DNA of 62,883 bases, the filler included, from Intoshia linei (Eukaryota > Animalia > Orthonectida), in assembly GCA_001642005.1 (NCBI GenBank). It is 8 parts of 8 records of this genome, joined end to end, with 100 filler letters (N's around TTAATTAATTAA, not from the genome) between each part and the next. Parts side by side here need not be neighbours in the genome. Positions count along the whole stretch, not along the records: positions 31,108 to 43,162 come from LWCA01001115.1; positions 43,263 to 45,397 come from LWCA01002462.1; positions 45,498 to 47,711 come from LWCA01002426.1; positions 47,812 to 54,149 come from LWCA01001684.1; 4 more parts are not named here. One strand, 5' to 3'. The notes below the pieces were generated by a model, which was not told where the DNA came from, did no database searches, and saw nothing but the letters and a program-made list of their open reading frames with translations. The position numbers and the translations under genes were made by a program. The number at the start of each line of letters is the position of its first letter. Position 1 is the stretch's first letter. Shown here piece after piece: positions 38,501-50,452 of the stretch.

Positions 38501-41232
38501 ATCGTTTATTTCAATAACTACCAGTCTTAGAATTTTATAAAGTCCGCATTTCTATTATAGTTTTTTCCGGGTGAAAGTAAAATAAATTTCAACCTCCCAA
38601 ACTCACATCTTACTGCCAAAAAGCCCAATTATCCTAATTATCCAAAATAAGTTTTTAACCCTGAAATAGTCAATTTTTGGAAATGAAATTATCAATAAAA
38701 TATCACTCTTTAAAAACTATTAGTGTTTTTAAAACTCTACTTTTTACTTTTTTAAATATACTGGAAGAAACAAACAGGCATACATTTTAACCAAAATTAT
38801 AATCTTAACTTATATAAAACGCTACGCGATTTTTGTTTGTGTGCCTGTGTGTGTGTTTCACTTTATTGAAATAATTACCACTCTTAGAATTTTTTAAAGA
38901 CCACATTTCAATTACAGTTTTTTCCGGGACGTATAATAAGAAAAATTTTAACCTCCCAATTTCACATCTTACGCGTCAAAAACCCCTGTTGTCCCTCTTT
39001 TTGAAAATCAAACTAGTTCGAGAATTTAAAAAATATACACTTCGATACGGATTTTAAAATCATAAATATTATCATAAATTTAAATTTAAAAAAATTTACA
39101 GGTGGTACTGTTTTATCCTGTTAACACACACAAAAAATTTTCAATCGGAATAAGTGACGCCTTCACGGTCAAAAAAGCACTTTTGTATTCATATATTTTT
39201 TTCTGAAATATTTTATTAAAACAATAATAAATGTAAAATGATTAACAGTCCGAAAATTAAAAAAAAAAATTATTATTATAGAGATTATATAAGTTGATAA
39301 AAAATAAAAAATTGCAACCCCAGAAAACTACGCATTCCCGGTAAAAAATAATTTTTAATATTACACTGTGTAGTATAGTATTAATTATATTATATTACAT
39401 TACATTACATACAATGTTACATTATATTAGTATAGTAGACAATAATTAATATAATAAAATAAAAATACAAACTACTTAAATTTGATATATAATCTTGTTG
39501 AAATGCAAAATATCGAATAATCTTTTTTAATCTGTTCATAGCACGATATTGTTCAATATCAAAAAAATTGTTGGCATCATTTCTCATTTTTGTAAATTTT
39601 GCGGTGTAATCACAAATATTTACTAAATATTTTTTATAATTGACAATATTCTAAACGGTGGTTCTAAAACTGTTATAGTATGTGATGCCTTAACAATTTC
39701 AGATTAGGTAAGATTATTTATGATTATATCAATTAAATTGGAATAATAACATTTAACGCTAATTTAGTAGAGAAATGGAAAATAAATGTAAACGACTCTA
39801 TATTAATACGTTGCATACAAAAAAATTAAAATAAAAAATTGTAAATGTTTGCCAAAATCATCAAAAACACTATACGAAATGTTGAAATTCTTTGAATTCA
39901 ATATACACTTGTAGAACCACATGTACCGAGAAATTATTATCATTATACATTATACTATTAAAAATGTACACTTTGCATTTTCATTAACTTTTAAATCAGA
40001 AATCTTTTTTTGTTTCTTGAATGCACACAATATTTCAGTTTCCAAAGCCTTTTTAACTGGTTTTGTTTTTTTTTCATCCATAACTGTATAGTCTAATTCA
40101 TTTTTATAATTGATATTATTAATAGTCTAATTCATTTTTATAATTGATATTATTAATAGTCAATTATAATTAGTTTTTACTTTTTAGTGGTTTTTTTTTT
40201 TTATTTTCCTTTTTGGTTTTTTTATAAATTTCTTGAACCGTCGAGCTGGTATTTTTTTCTTCAATTGAATCTTTAACTAAAATAAATAAATAATTAAAAA
40301 TTTAAATTTTTTATGTCATGTCAAATAAGTTACAGTCAGGGCCGTGGAGAGTTATCAGTAGGCCCGGGCAAGATGCAATTTGTATTCCCCTATCAATTTT
40401 TTTTAATAAATGAGACCTTTATTCATTGCTTAACCGATCGTTCATTATCTAAAAATTAAAAATAACTAATTGAACTGTTAATAAAACATTTTATTATACG
40501 GTAATTTGGTTTACATTGTTGTACTTAAGAACTTAAATCTTTTTAAAAAGTTTTGGCTAAGTTTTATCATTTTATGAAAAAGTACATTGTTAAAATTAAA
40601 ACGAAAATTGACGGATGGTTAGTGAAAAAGAGACATATAAATAAAAATCAAAAACCTTTTTTTAACTGTTTTAATTATTTTAGATGTAAAATTCATTCAT
40701 TTTTTAGATACATGTATATTTAAACAATTGAAATATAATAATAATGTTTAAACAAGGATTTAATCTTATTATTTTAAAAAAATCAAGGAGTCCCTAAAAC
40801 AAACTTTTTTTAAGATTTTTGGGATGAAATTTTAATATATTATTAACGAATCAAGGTGCTTAATATAACAAAATTATATTACTTTTAGACGAGTAAATTT
40901 CATTCAAAAATTGTAAGGAATACAGAATTATAACGACTGCGAAATACGAATCAGAATTATAAATATAATCAAAATAACGTAATTGTTTATAAAATATATT
41001 GATAATAGTAATGAAATTGGAAAAGAATTATATAATGTACTTATTTTAATCTTTTCTTCATGACTTTTTATAATTTTGAAATTATTGCTCGATTCAGACT
41101 CAAATACATTCAAAATGGCATTGGCATCATTAATATCTAAAACATATTTAACAATTTAACACTTTAGTATGTAATACTGGAAGCTTTTTCCTTTTTCTTT
41201 TTTCTGAAAATTTTTTTTACTTTTTTTTCCAT
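32576..41232 (-). CDS. RBSN: Rabenosyn-5 (FYVE Rab effector); the 5' exons at ~39990-41232 may belong to it or to a separate gene
   Basis: Exon ~39476-39622 (FTKMRNDANNFFDIEQYRAMNRLKRL), FYVE WIDDSDAPICMTC..RRHHCRLCGILMCANC (~37530-37685) completed by IRTCRHC (~37040), NPF motif (~32900), C-terminal Rab-binding helix ILEQIAKLEEYLDQA..QVDILQNNINDL. Confidence 0.82.
33175..33590. mobile_element. Second copy of the foldback-like element
   Basis: TIR cttaaatccaactattttta / taaaaatagttgaatttaag; interior is the reverse complement of 2860-3100. Confidence 0.65.
33642..34191. mobile_element. pogo/Tigger-like MITE
   Basis: TA|cagt...actg|TA ends with repeated subterminal ccccaaaaagcg(a/g)gg motifs. 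Confidence 0.65.
34658..35975 (-). mobile_element. Helitron copy with nested hAT MITE
   Basis: CTAG plus hairpin at 34658-34692 (reverse); 5' a|tccttac at ~35973. Confidence 0.65.
34787..35118. mobile_element. hAT (Buster-type) MITE
   Basis: TIR caggggtggcc / ggccagccctg; perfect 8-bp TSD ttctaaag. Confidence 0.88.
37702..39362 (+). mobile_element. Three stacked Helitron 5' portions (starts ~37702, ~38457, ~38803)
   Basis: Each starts A|TC(c/t)t(t/a)acttatataa, followed by a gt/ctgt-rich tract and the family body. Confidence 0.72.
40089..40161. repeat. Perfect 34-bp tandem duplication
   Basis: tagtctaattcatttttataattgatattattaa x2. Confidence 0.9.
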
Positions 41233-41839
41233 AATATAATTCCAAGTAAATATTTTATCAATTTATTGCATATTTGATTAAAAATAAAGGTATATATTGG
41301 CGTTAATTTACTATAATAATAATAACAAAAATAAGATTTTTAATTTTAACTTTAACAATTTGGTAGAATTAAAAACGTCTGCCTTTGGTAGGGTAATCTA
41401 CAAAAACGGCACACATTATATAATTATAATTATGTACTTATGTATTGTACGAAGTACTTGAAAATAAAATAATGCTACTCAGTATAATAGTCCTATAATG
41501 AATAATTTGTGTGAATGATAGCGCATGTATGTAGCGCATGGTATGTAAAACGTTGGTAAAACTTTTTCAAACTATGCGCTCTGGCGCATTTGTGCGTCGC
41601 ACAAATTAGGTGTGTCCAATTAAAAATTGAAAACAAGCTATACACCGTTTGACGAAGGCACATGTAAATCGATTTTTTTAAAAAGAAAGAATTTGATTGA
41701 AATTCCCACAGTTACAATTGGAGGTTGTATGAGATATTTACAATTTCATTATTTATTCAAAGGCTCAAATTAAGGTTTAATAAAATCAAAACCAACAAAT
41801 TTAGTTAAAAATTTTACATCCATATTTAAATATATATTT

Positions 41840-42146
41840 ATTTTGGTTTGGACTGTTTTTGCTTTATTTTTAATATTATACAGTGTATAATATACACACA
41901 TTCTGTCTAATAAATTAAAACAATGAGATAAAAATTCTTTTTAAAAATCTTTACGCAAATGTTAAAAAAATTAAGATGAAATAATTCACTTTAAAGTAAA
42001 AAGTAATGTAATATGATTCTTCCATCTGAAAGAAATTTGGAAACCACTCCTTCAAAGGATTGATAATAGTGAATAGTAGGATTTTCTGAATTTATTTTTT
42101 TGGTGTAATAAAAATGTTTGTACGTAGTACATAAGAGTCAACCTAG
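41840..42146 (+). mobile_element. Helitron 3' fragment
   Basis: Matches 31590-31921; ends CTAG|t at 42143-42146. Confidence 0.7.
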
Positions 42147-42288
42147 TCATGTATAAATTATGTTAAAAAATTTGTGCCGGCATCCACAAAATCTTGGATC
42201 AGGACATTTAAATTATGCTTGATTTAATCCTGCTAATCAACAATCTGCCTGAACTAATCAAATTTTAAAAATTATATATTTGGATATA

Positions 42289-42354
42289 CAGTGCAATCGC
42301 GCTAAATTTGATAACTTGCAATTGACGCCATTTTCTCTTAGCGCGATTGCACTG
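42289..42354. mobile_element. 66-bp mini-MITE (Tc1/pogo type)
   Basis: Perfect 17-bp TIR cagtgcaatcgcgctaa / ttagcgcgattgcactg with TA flanks. Confidence 0.85.
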
Positions 42355-42634
42355 TATTATATTCATTGTTCAAATAAATAAACATTTTTCACATAAAACT
42401 CTAAACAAATGAAAAGTTTACCTCTAATGAACAGTATAACATTATGATTAACTGATTTCGAAATGAAATAAAGCATGAAAAATTTAAAAACAACGAAATT
42501 CCCCCAAAAAATTTATATGATGCCAACTCATTTGTTAGAAAGATGACTTAGATGTGAAAAAATGATGCAAGAAAATAATTTAAAAATTTAAATTTATTAA
42601 AATTAATCATGTATTATTGATCATGCTTGTCAAT

Positions 42635-43162
42635 TATTTTCCGACATTCCTCTGATAGTTTAATAATATTATTGAGTTCATATTTTTTGACATATTTAAC
42701 ACAATAAGTGTTGCCTAAAATAGAAATTACATGAAACTTTACTTATAAAAATTACCTCTGTGAATATCTTTATCTATGATATCAGACCATTCTGATTCTA
42801 ATTGTTTCAAATCAATAGGATGAAGTATTTCTTCGAACAGAATATAAAAACATAATTCATGAAAATATTCAATGCCTTCTCTAAAAATAATATAAATATT
42901 TATTTTAAAAATAAATAAATATTACCTTTGATCCATTTCAAAATCTATCATAGCCAACTCGTTCATAATTTTGTAAAGTGGAACGTAAAAATTTTTTCTT
43001 AGATAAACAGCAGCGAATTGGTAAAATTGACTTTTTATTGTTGTTTTAAAACTGGAATGCGAAGCATATCCAATTAGTCTGGTCAATGAAATAGCCTTCT
43101 CGTAGTAGGAGCTTTCATTCTCTAAAAACCAGTACATGTTTTTCACTGGAGTTCGATTCGGA
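42635..43162 (-). CDS. 3' exons of an unidentified spliced gene truncated by gap
   Basis: Open segments separated by ~40-nt GT-AG introns (near 42882-42925 and 42715-42755); no family recognised. Confidence 0.45.
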
Positions 43163-43262
43163 NNNNNNNNNNNNNNNNNNNNNNNNNNNNNNNNNNNNNN
43201 NNNNNNTTAATTAATTAANNNNNNNNNNNNNNNNNNNNNNNNNNNNNNNNNNNNNNNNNNNN

Positions 43263-45397
43263 TATTTTTGATTCTTTGAAAGGAAATAAATATTATTCAA
43301 CATTTGATCTGTGTTCGGGTTTCTGGCAAGTTCCTTTGTCCAACAATGCCAGAGAAAAAAACTCTTTATCTGTTGGTCCACGAGGTACATTATACCAATT
43401 TAAAGTCATGCCTTTTGGTTTAAAAAATGGACCCGCCACTTGTCAACGCATGATGGACGGGGTTTTACGGGGTTTAAACTTTGCTCACACATACATGGAT
43501 GATGTAATTATTTATTCAAATACGTTGTCTGATCATAGAAGGCACCTTTCAATATTCTTTTCTAAGTTACACGATGAAGGTCTCACACTAAAAGCAAAAA
43601 AATGTCACATCGGTTTACACGAAGTACACTTTCTCGGTCATGTCATTAACTTTGAAGGCATTAAAATTAACCCAAGCAAAATTGAAGCTATTCAATCCAT
43701 GAAATATCCTATTAATAAGAAAACTGTACAAAAATTTCTCGGTACCATCGTCGTTTTATTCCAAATTTTGCACATATAGCTGAACCTTTAAATTGTCTAC
43801 TTCGAAAAAATATTCCATTTTTATAGGATGCAAAATGTATCAATGCGTTTAATCTACTCAAACACAAATTAACACCCGCTCCTGTTATGACATTACCAGA
43901 TCCAAAATTATCATTTACTTTAGAGACTGATGCATCTGATTTTGGCATTGGTGCTGTCCTTATGCAAAATAATCAGCCCATTGAATATCTTAGCAGACGC
44001 CTGACAGCTGCTGAACGTAATTACAGCACAGTAGACAAAGAAGCTCTAGCTATTATTTATGCCGTTAACAAATGTAAACATTATTTGATCGGTAAACAAT
44101 TTACTATTCTCACGGGTCATAATCCTTTAACATCTATAGCTAATACCTCAAAATTACGGGGTATGAAATTACGGTGGTTTCAGGATTTACAAAATTATGA
44201 TTATANTGACAGCTGTTGAACGTAATTACAGTACAGTGGACAAAGAAGCTCTAGCTATTATTTATGCCGTTAACAAATGTAAACATTATTTGATCGGTAA
44301 ACAATTTACTATTCTCACGAATCATAATCCTTTAACATCTATAACTAATTCCTCAAAATTACGGGGTATGAAATTACGGTAGTTTCAGGATTTACAAAAT
44401 TATGATTATATAATCAAATATAGACCTGGGCCTATGAATAAAATGGCTGATCAACTTTCTTGCTGTTGCGCCATTCTTCATAACTTTGATGATATTAATA
44501 TTTCTCTTTTTCAAAATACGGATCCCCATTGTAAGGAAATATTGAATCATTTATTCCTAAAAGTGCCAATATCTCATTTTAATAAGTTTTCCAAAAACTT
44601 AGGTAAATGTTATATTTTTAATAAAATTCTGTATTTTAGATCGGCTAAAGCCGAATTAATTGTAGTTCCCAAGAAGTTGCAGGATAAGCTTATCGAAATG
44701 GTGCACAGCGGTCCACAAGCATGTCATCCAGGTGTTCGAGCCGTTATATCGGTTATTTCTCGTTGATTTTATAATATTGGACGGGGAAGTTCAGTCAAGC
44801 AATTTATTGCATAATTGTACCATTTGCAACCAACAAAAAACAGGTCGGTTCCATCAAAACTTACTCCTCAAGCAACAAAATGCATCGCGGTTCAATGAGC
44901 TATGGTAGCTTGATTTTGCAGGACCTTTTCCTGTTTCTAATAATTATAAAAGATACTTATTAGTAATGATTGACCATTTCTCTGGTTGGCCTGAAATTAT
45001 TCCAATTGAAAATATTTCGGCTGAAAGCGTTGTTGAACATATAAAAATAAATATTATAGCACGTTATGGTGTACCGTCACGTATTCATACTGACTGTGGA
45101 ACACAATTTGAATCTAAACTGGTTAGTCAATTATGTGCAGATTATAGAATTCGCAAAACTCATTCAACTCCTTACAGACATCAAAGTATTGGTCATGTTG
45201 AACTTTAAATCGTACAATTAAAGACAAATTGCGCTTTTTTTGCAACAATGAATTTTCAAATTTGTGTGAGAGTATTCCCAATATATTAATGGAACTACGA
45301 AAGACACCCACTGAAAGAAATTCCGTTTCTCCGTCTGAAATTTTCCTTGGTCGACATTTATCCTTACCATTTATACATCACCAACCCGTTAATCCCA
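43263..45397 (+). mobile_element. Ty3/Gypsy LTR-retrotransposon pol remnant (RT-RNaseH-integrase), decayed
   Basis: DLCSGFWQV, MPFGLKNGP, YMDD, ETDASDFGIGAVL, ERNYS..KEALA, integrase HSG..HPG, IDHFS, GVPSRIHTDCGTQF; multiple stops and frameshifts. Confidence 0.95.
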
Positions 45398-45969
45398 NNN
45401 NNNNNNNNNNNNNNNNNNNNNNNNNNNNNNNNNNNNNNNNNTTAATTAATTAANNNNNNNNNNNNNNNNNNNNNNNNNNNNNNNNNNNNNNNNNNNNTTG
45501 TTTAGTAACTTTAGTGCTATAAAAAATTGCATTTGTCGACTCTACTTATTACCATCACTAATGCTATATATTCAGTATCTTATTTAAATTAAATAGATTA
45601 ATTTTTAAATATCTTTATTGCAGTCAAAAAAATATTCCAAAAAAATTATCATCTGGGCTTAAACTAGACAAGATTCCTTATTTTCATAATGTAAAATATG
45701 GCAAAATAAAAAAACGACATTTATTATATCACATGGTGATTCGGATATAAAGTTTTTTTGAATAATTTCTTATGGATAAATTTTAAAAATGAATTATGCA
45801 TAATGAAGAGAATTGTATAGCCAAGTTATATTTAGTCAATGATGCAATATTATGTTTCTCAAAGAATGGTAATTTTGAATAACAAATCAATGTGTAGTAT
45901 ATTGCTATCATACTAATCGAGATTCGAATATATACTTTTGATATAGCTTAATTTTAATGTTAATTATAA

Positions 45970-46535
45970 TTATAAGCTTACAAGGTTTTCTATATTTCCG
46001 TGAACCCGTATTCGGTAAATACACATCCTGTGACTACCATAATTTTCAATAAATCCAATTTTAATGAATTGTGCCATATTAGGAGTCTAAATTGTACATA
46101 ATTGTAATTATACTTTAAGATTCAAAAAAATTACATAAACAGGAAATAATTGAATTTCGGAACAATTAATTTTATAATGAAATGATCCAATTTTTATATA
46201 ATCATCAATGTAATGTATTAATTACGTAAACGTATCCAAATTTTGGAGCAGTAGTGCGATTATTTTGTCTGACAAGTAATTTGATGTAAGTATGAACTGT
46301 GTTCAATACTGATACTCACCACCACAATTTTTTCAGAAATGGAAATTTCAAGAAAAGCATCTTTAGGAACAGTTATCTAAAAATTCCCGGTCGATTGCCA
46401 AATATCATTATTATGTCTTTTACCATGTCATGTTAACTAAAATTCAACACAACCAATTTCATTATGTTTGTAAAAGAATTTTTTTAGAATCGTGGTTTTA
46501 TGTAAGGTTAAAATCCGGTAGAACTGATTGCCAAT
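45970..46535 (-). pseudogene. SUN-domain (Sad1/UNC-84) coding sequence with frameshifts
   Basis: Not in the ORF track. Pieces FLEISISEKIVVVSISIEH, RTTAPKFGYVY, IGSFHY..IQLF and, after an intron, FIENYGSHRMCIYRIRVHG occur in SUN-domain order but in shifting frames. Confidence 0.62.
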
Positions 46536-47811
46536 TTAGTGAAAAGTTACTTATTGTATAAAACTTACAAATATTACGATTTTCGGTACAATTGTGGTCA
46601 CATTATTAAAAATATGTTATCAAAAGAAATTCCGATTTTTAAAATAAATATTAAATTTTAGTTTTGGTCCGTTTCATTATTCAATTTTATGAATTTAACA
46701 TTGATTATGCGTTCATAATATTACCTGTTTATAATTTTTTTTCACTTTACATTTATACACTAAATTTTTAGAAATTCAATTGTTGATAAAAATCGAACTA
46801 AGACAGCTAGAATAAAAATTAAAAAAGTGAGATGTTTAGTTATAAACGGTGATTAACATGATACTCTGTACACCATGAAAATTCACTATAACACTGCTTT
46901 AAAAAAAATAAGTTATATTTTAATTTTACTATAAGATTTGTAGTTGTTTATTTAAAATGTTAAACGCACAGCGAATATCTATCAAGAGTGGTTTTTGATT
47001 ATGTTATAGAGTTTCTTTTTTAAAAATACACACAGTTAGTGCTAACCATCCATTAAATTTTCGAAAAAATGTGACACCCTAATGTACTACTATCTATTAT
47101 ATTTCTGATACATTACTGTACCCAGACATATTGGCGGTAGAATATTTTTATGACGCTGGAGGGCGTTGCGATGAAAAAATTTTAGGAATTACTGATGTAT
47201 ATGTGGATAATATCAACAAAAATTTATCGTTAATGATGATTTTAGATGCATTGTTTTTGAGATCGAAAAGATTAGTTGGTGGGTTAGTGGGATCAGTTTT
47301 TGATGACACAATGCAAAATAAACAATTGTCGCTACCTTTAAAATTGTCAATTTATGAAATGTTTGTTTCTGTGCATAATAGTAATTTATATATTAATTTA
47401 AAATTACATTTTATAATCAAAAAAATATTTTACTTGCTTTTAACGTTTTTGGTACTTGAATCATATATTGTATATTATAGATTATGTCTTGTATGAACAA
47501 TGTTAATTGAACATGAATAATCACAATTTTATTGTTAAACCTTTCGAAATTTTACTACATGTATAATATAAACTGCACCGCAAAACTATGTGCAAAATCC
47601 AATTTTTGCAATTAAATATATTTATTAAACTTATAATTATATATTTTGAAGGACATTTTAATATAATACTGATTATTAACTTGTATTAAAAATTTCGAGA
47701 AATTCCATCAANNNNNNNNNNNNNNNNNNNNNNNNNNNNNNNNNNNNNNNNNNNNTTAATTAATTAANNNNNNNNNNNNNNNNNNNNNNNNNNNNNNNNN
47801 NNNNNNNNNNN

Positions 47812-48011
47812 AAACAGACTTATATGAAATTATGCACCCTTCGAGAAATGACATCCCACCAAGTACATACGTTGATTTAAAGAAATGCCATCCAACCTCT
47901 TGTTTCGTTGAAAGAAGCTTCTGAAAACTAAAAAGAATGGTAACCAAAGGTCTACCATTTTCTGAAAAAAACATTGAAAAATATTTCATACTGTATTATA
48001 ATAATGACTAA
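47812..48011 (+). pseudogene. CGGBP1-like/hAT transposase C-terminal remnant
   Basis: CHPTSCFVERSF*KLKRMV..FSEKNIEKYFILYYN; its 3' flank (48150-48212) is repeated at 45498-45541. Confidence 0.7.
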
Positions 48012-48282
48012 TTGTTAATTTTAAATATATTTTATTCTTTAATTATATTATTTAAAATATTTTAATGTCACATAATTAATTAATATTTTAATGACTTTCA
48101 TTTTCAATTCAAATAAATTTAATGAAATTTGCATGAATTGTTGTCTTCTTGTTGTTTAGTAACTTTAGTGCTAGAAATTTTTTAGTGCCATAAAAAATTG
48201 CATTTGTCGACTTTAATCATTACACTAATTAGTAAAAAAATTAGTTTATATTTATGATAGTCATTAAAAATAGATTCTAGAG

Positions 48283-48427
48283 CAGGGGTGTCAATTATGC
48301 GGCCCGCGTTATAATATAAATTTTTATTTTTTATAACAATTGTTTACACATATTTTTTATTTTACAGTTTTAATAATAATTTTTTTCACATTTGCCACGC
48401 CCAAGCAAATTGAGTCTGACACCCTTG
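48283..48427. mobile_element. hAT (Buster-type) MITE
   Basis: TIR caggggtgtca / tgacacccttg; perfect TSD ttctagag. Confidence 0.88.
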
Positions 48428-48464
48428 TTCTAGAGCTTTAGAGATAAAATTTTTATTAACGGAA

Positions 48465-48825
48465 TTTTTGTTCCACTTTATTTAAATAACTACCCGTCTT
48501 AGAATTTTATAAAGTCCACATTTCAATTAAAGTTTTTATCGGGGGTGTTCGCAAAATAAATTTCAACATCCCAAACTCACATCTTACGAGTTAAAAATCG
48601 CAATTGTTTTTTTTTTGAAAATCAAACGGGTTGGAGAATTTAAAAAAAATATATACGCTGATACGGATTTTAAAATCATAAACATTATCATAAATTTCAA
48701 AATTTTTTAAAAAAATTATATCTTCAGGGCCAAAATCACAAATTACTAAATTTAATTAATGTTAAAAAATAAAAAATTAAGATGGAATAATTCACTTTAA
48801 AGTAAAAAGTAATGTGATATATGAC
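48465..48825 (+). mobile_element. Helitron fragment
   Basis: Reverse complement of ~5400-5670. Confidence 0.65.
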
Positions 48826-49054
48826 TTCAATGACATATTTATGAAATTTTTGAAAATCCGATTATTCGAAATGTATTCCGATTATTTTTCTCCGATTATT
48901 GTAAGCGATTAACCGGGTTTTTGATTAATCGGATATCATTTCCTAGTTCTGACTTTATCATTAGTGTATTGTATAAAATGGATTTTGTGAAATGTAAAAT
49001 GTATATTTGTTCAATCTTCAAGACATATTTTTTCCACTATTATTTACGTTAAAC

Positions 49055-49342
49055 CAGCCTTTATAAACCTCTTTTCGATTGGGCGCACTTGGAAGCTATT
49101 AAAATATTTTGGCGTTCAAGTAGTTAATTAATTAATAAAATACTAAAAATTATATATTTTTTGGATTCTTATTGAAAATCTTTATAACAGTAAAATTTTG
49201 CAATGAAAAAATGTAACTGATGTAACTGAGCTTCTGTGAAATTGTGTATATTTTGTTTTCAATTAAAAGTTAAGATTCGCTGAGCACGTATAGAATTTAC
49301 TTAGGCGCACTGGTGCGCCAGGCCCTTGGTTGAGAAATACTG
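49055..49342. mobile_element. hAT MITE, older
   Basis: cag...aacc / ggttgagaaatactg ends; TSD cgttaaac/cgttaaat. Confidence 0.7.
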
Positions 49343-49649
49343 CGTTAAATTATTATTTTTTTTGCTTAATAATGTCTTGTCTTGTTGTATATTAATATAT
49401 ATTATATATATATTAATAACCAAATTCATTTATATTCACAAATAAACAGATTGAACATATATAATTTTAAATTATTTGATTTTAGACTTACCAAAAATTA
49501 ACATTACTCGATAAAGTCAAAAGTTTTAACGAAAATAAGAATTGTTTGGTAATATTTATACATAATATGTATTAACATAATAACTTACATAATCACGATG
49601 CATGTATTTAGATGTTTGTAATGTTACTCATGAATAAATCTATCTAAAT

Positions 49650-50291
49650 CAGTGGTTCCCGGTTCAAATAGTGTACGGACTAGGGTCAGCATGGTCAAAT
49701 TGTCTAAAAACTGACTGAATTCTAGACAATCTACTGTAAATTGTCTAGTTGTTAAACATTAAGTGATGTAAACAATTTTTTACAATAATTTTTTGGTTAG
49801 CCTCTTTTTAAATATTTAATATTTTAGCACATAGCCATTAAATTATAATATTAAATTCACACCTAATTAATTTTAATTAACCTTAATGTTATTTAATTGA
49901 ATTAAACCCCATTTCAACATTTTTTATTTTGGTTTTTTGATTAAGAAGTTGTTGCTCATAATATTTGGTAAAATAGGATTTTTCAAAAAAATTGGGAAAA
50001 GGGCATTTTTTATTTTGGGTTTTGATTAAGTGGATTTTTTCAAAAAATATCGGTAAAAATCAATTTTTCCATGAGTTTTGAAATGGTATTTTTTTATTAA
50101 ATTTTTGAATGGTAGAATAAAAGTTGGATTTTTGAAATAATGTAGCAGATTTGTAATAAATATTAAAAATTTAAAAAGACTCCTACAAAAATAAACAAAA
50201 TTAGATAAAATTTTTTTGATATTTTATTAGAATATCACAGACGCAGCAGTTTAGGACTTAAGGGTCCAGGGACCCAAATCGGCAACCACTG
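49650..50291. mobile_element. hAT (Buster-type) MITE
   Basis: TIR cagtggtt / aaccactg; perfect TSD atctaaat. Confidence 0.85.
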
Positions 50292-50452
50292 ATCTAAATC
50301 AATGTGTCGAATAATTTTTAAATTAACATTTTCTATCAATTAATTTTAAAAAAAATCAAGTTTTACCAACCCTTTTGAAACAAATTATTTCAAAGCACTG
50401 TATGATAAAGTATTGTTAAAATATTAGTTTAGATTTTTTAATTTTTTATCAG

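Noticed and set aside
44002-44411. ~205-bp tandem duplication of the Gypsy RNase H region
   Set aside because: The junction contains a single N (44206); most likely an unmerged contig overlap of two element copies.
10246-46260. In-frame stops suggesting a reassigned genetic code
   Set aside because: They occur only in decayed sequences that also carry frameshifts; intact genes translate cleanly with the standard code.
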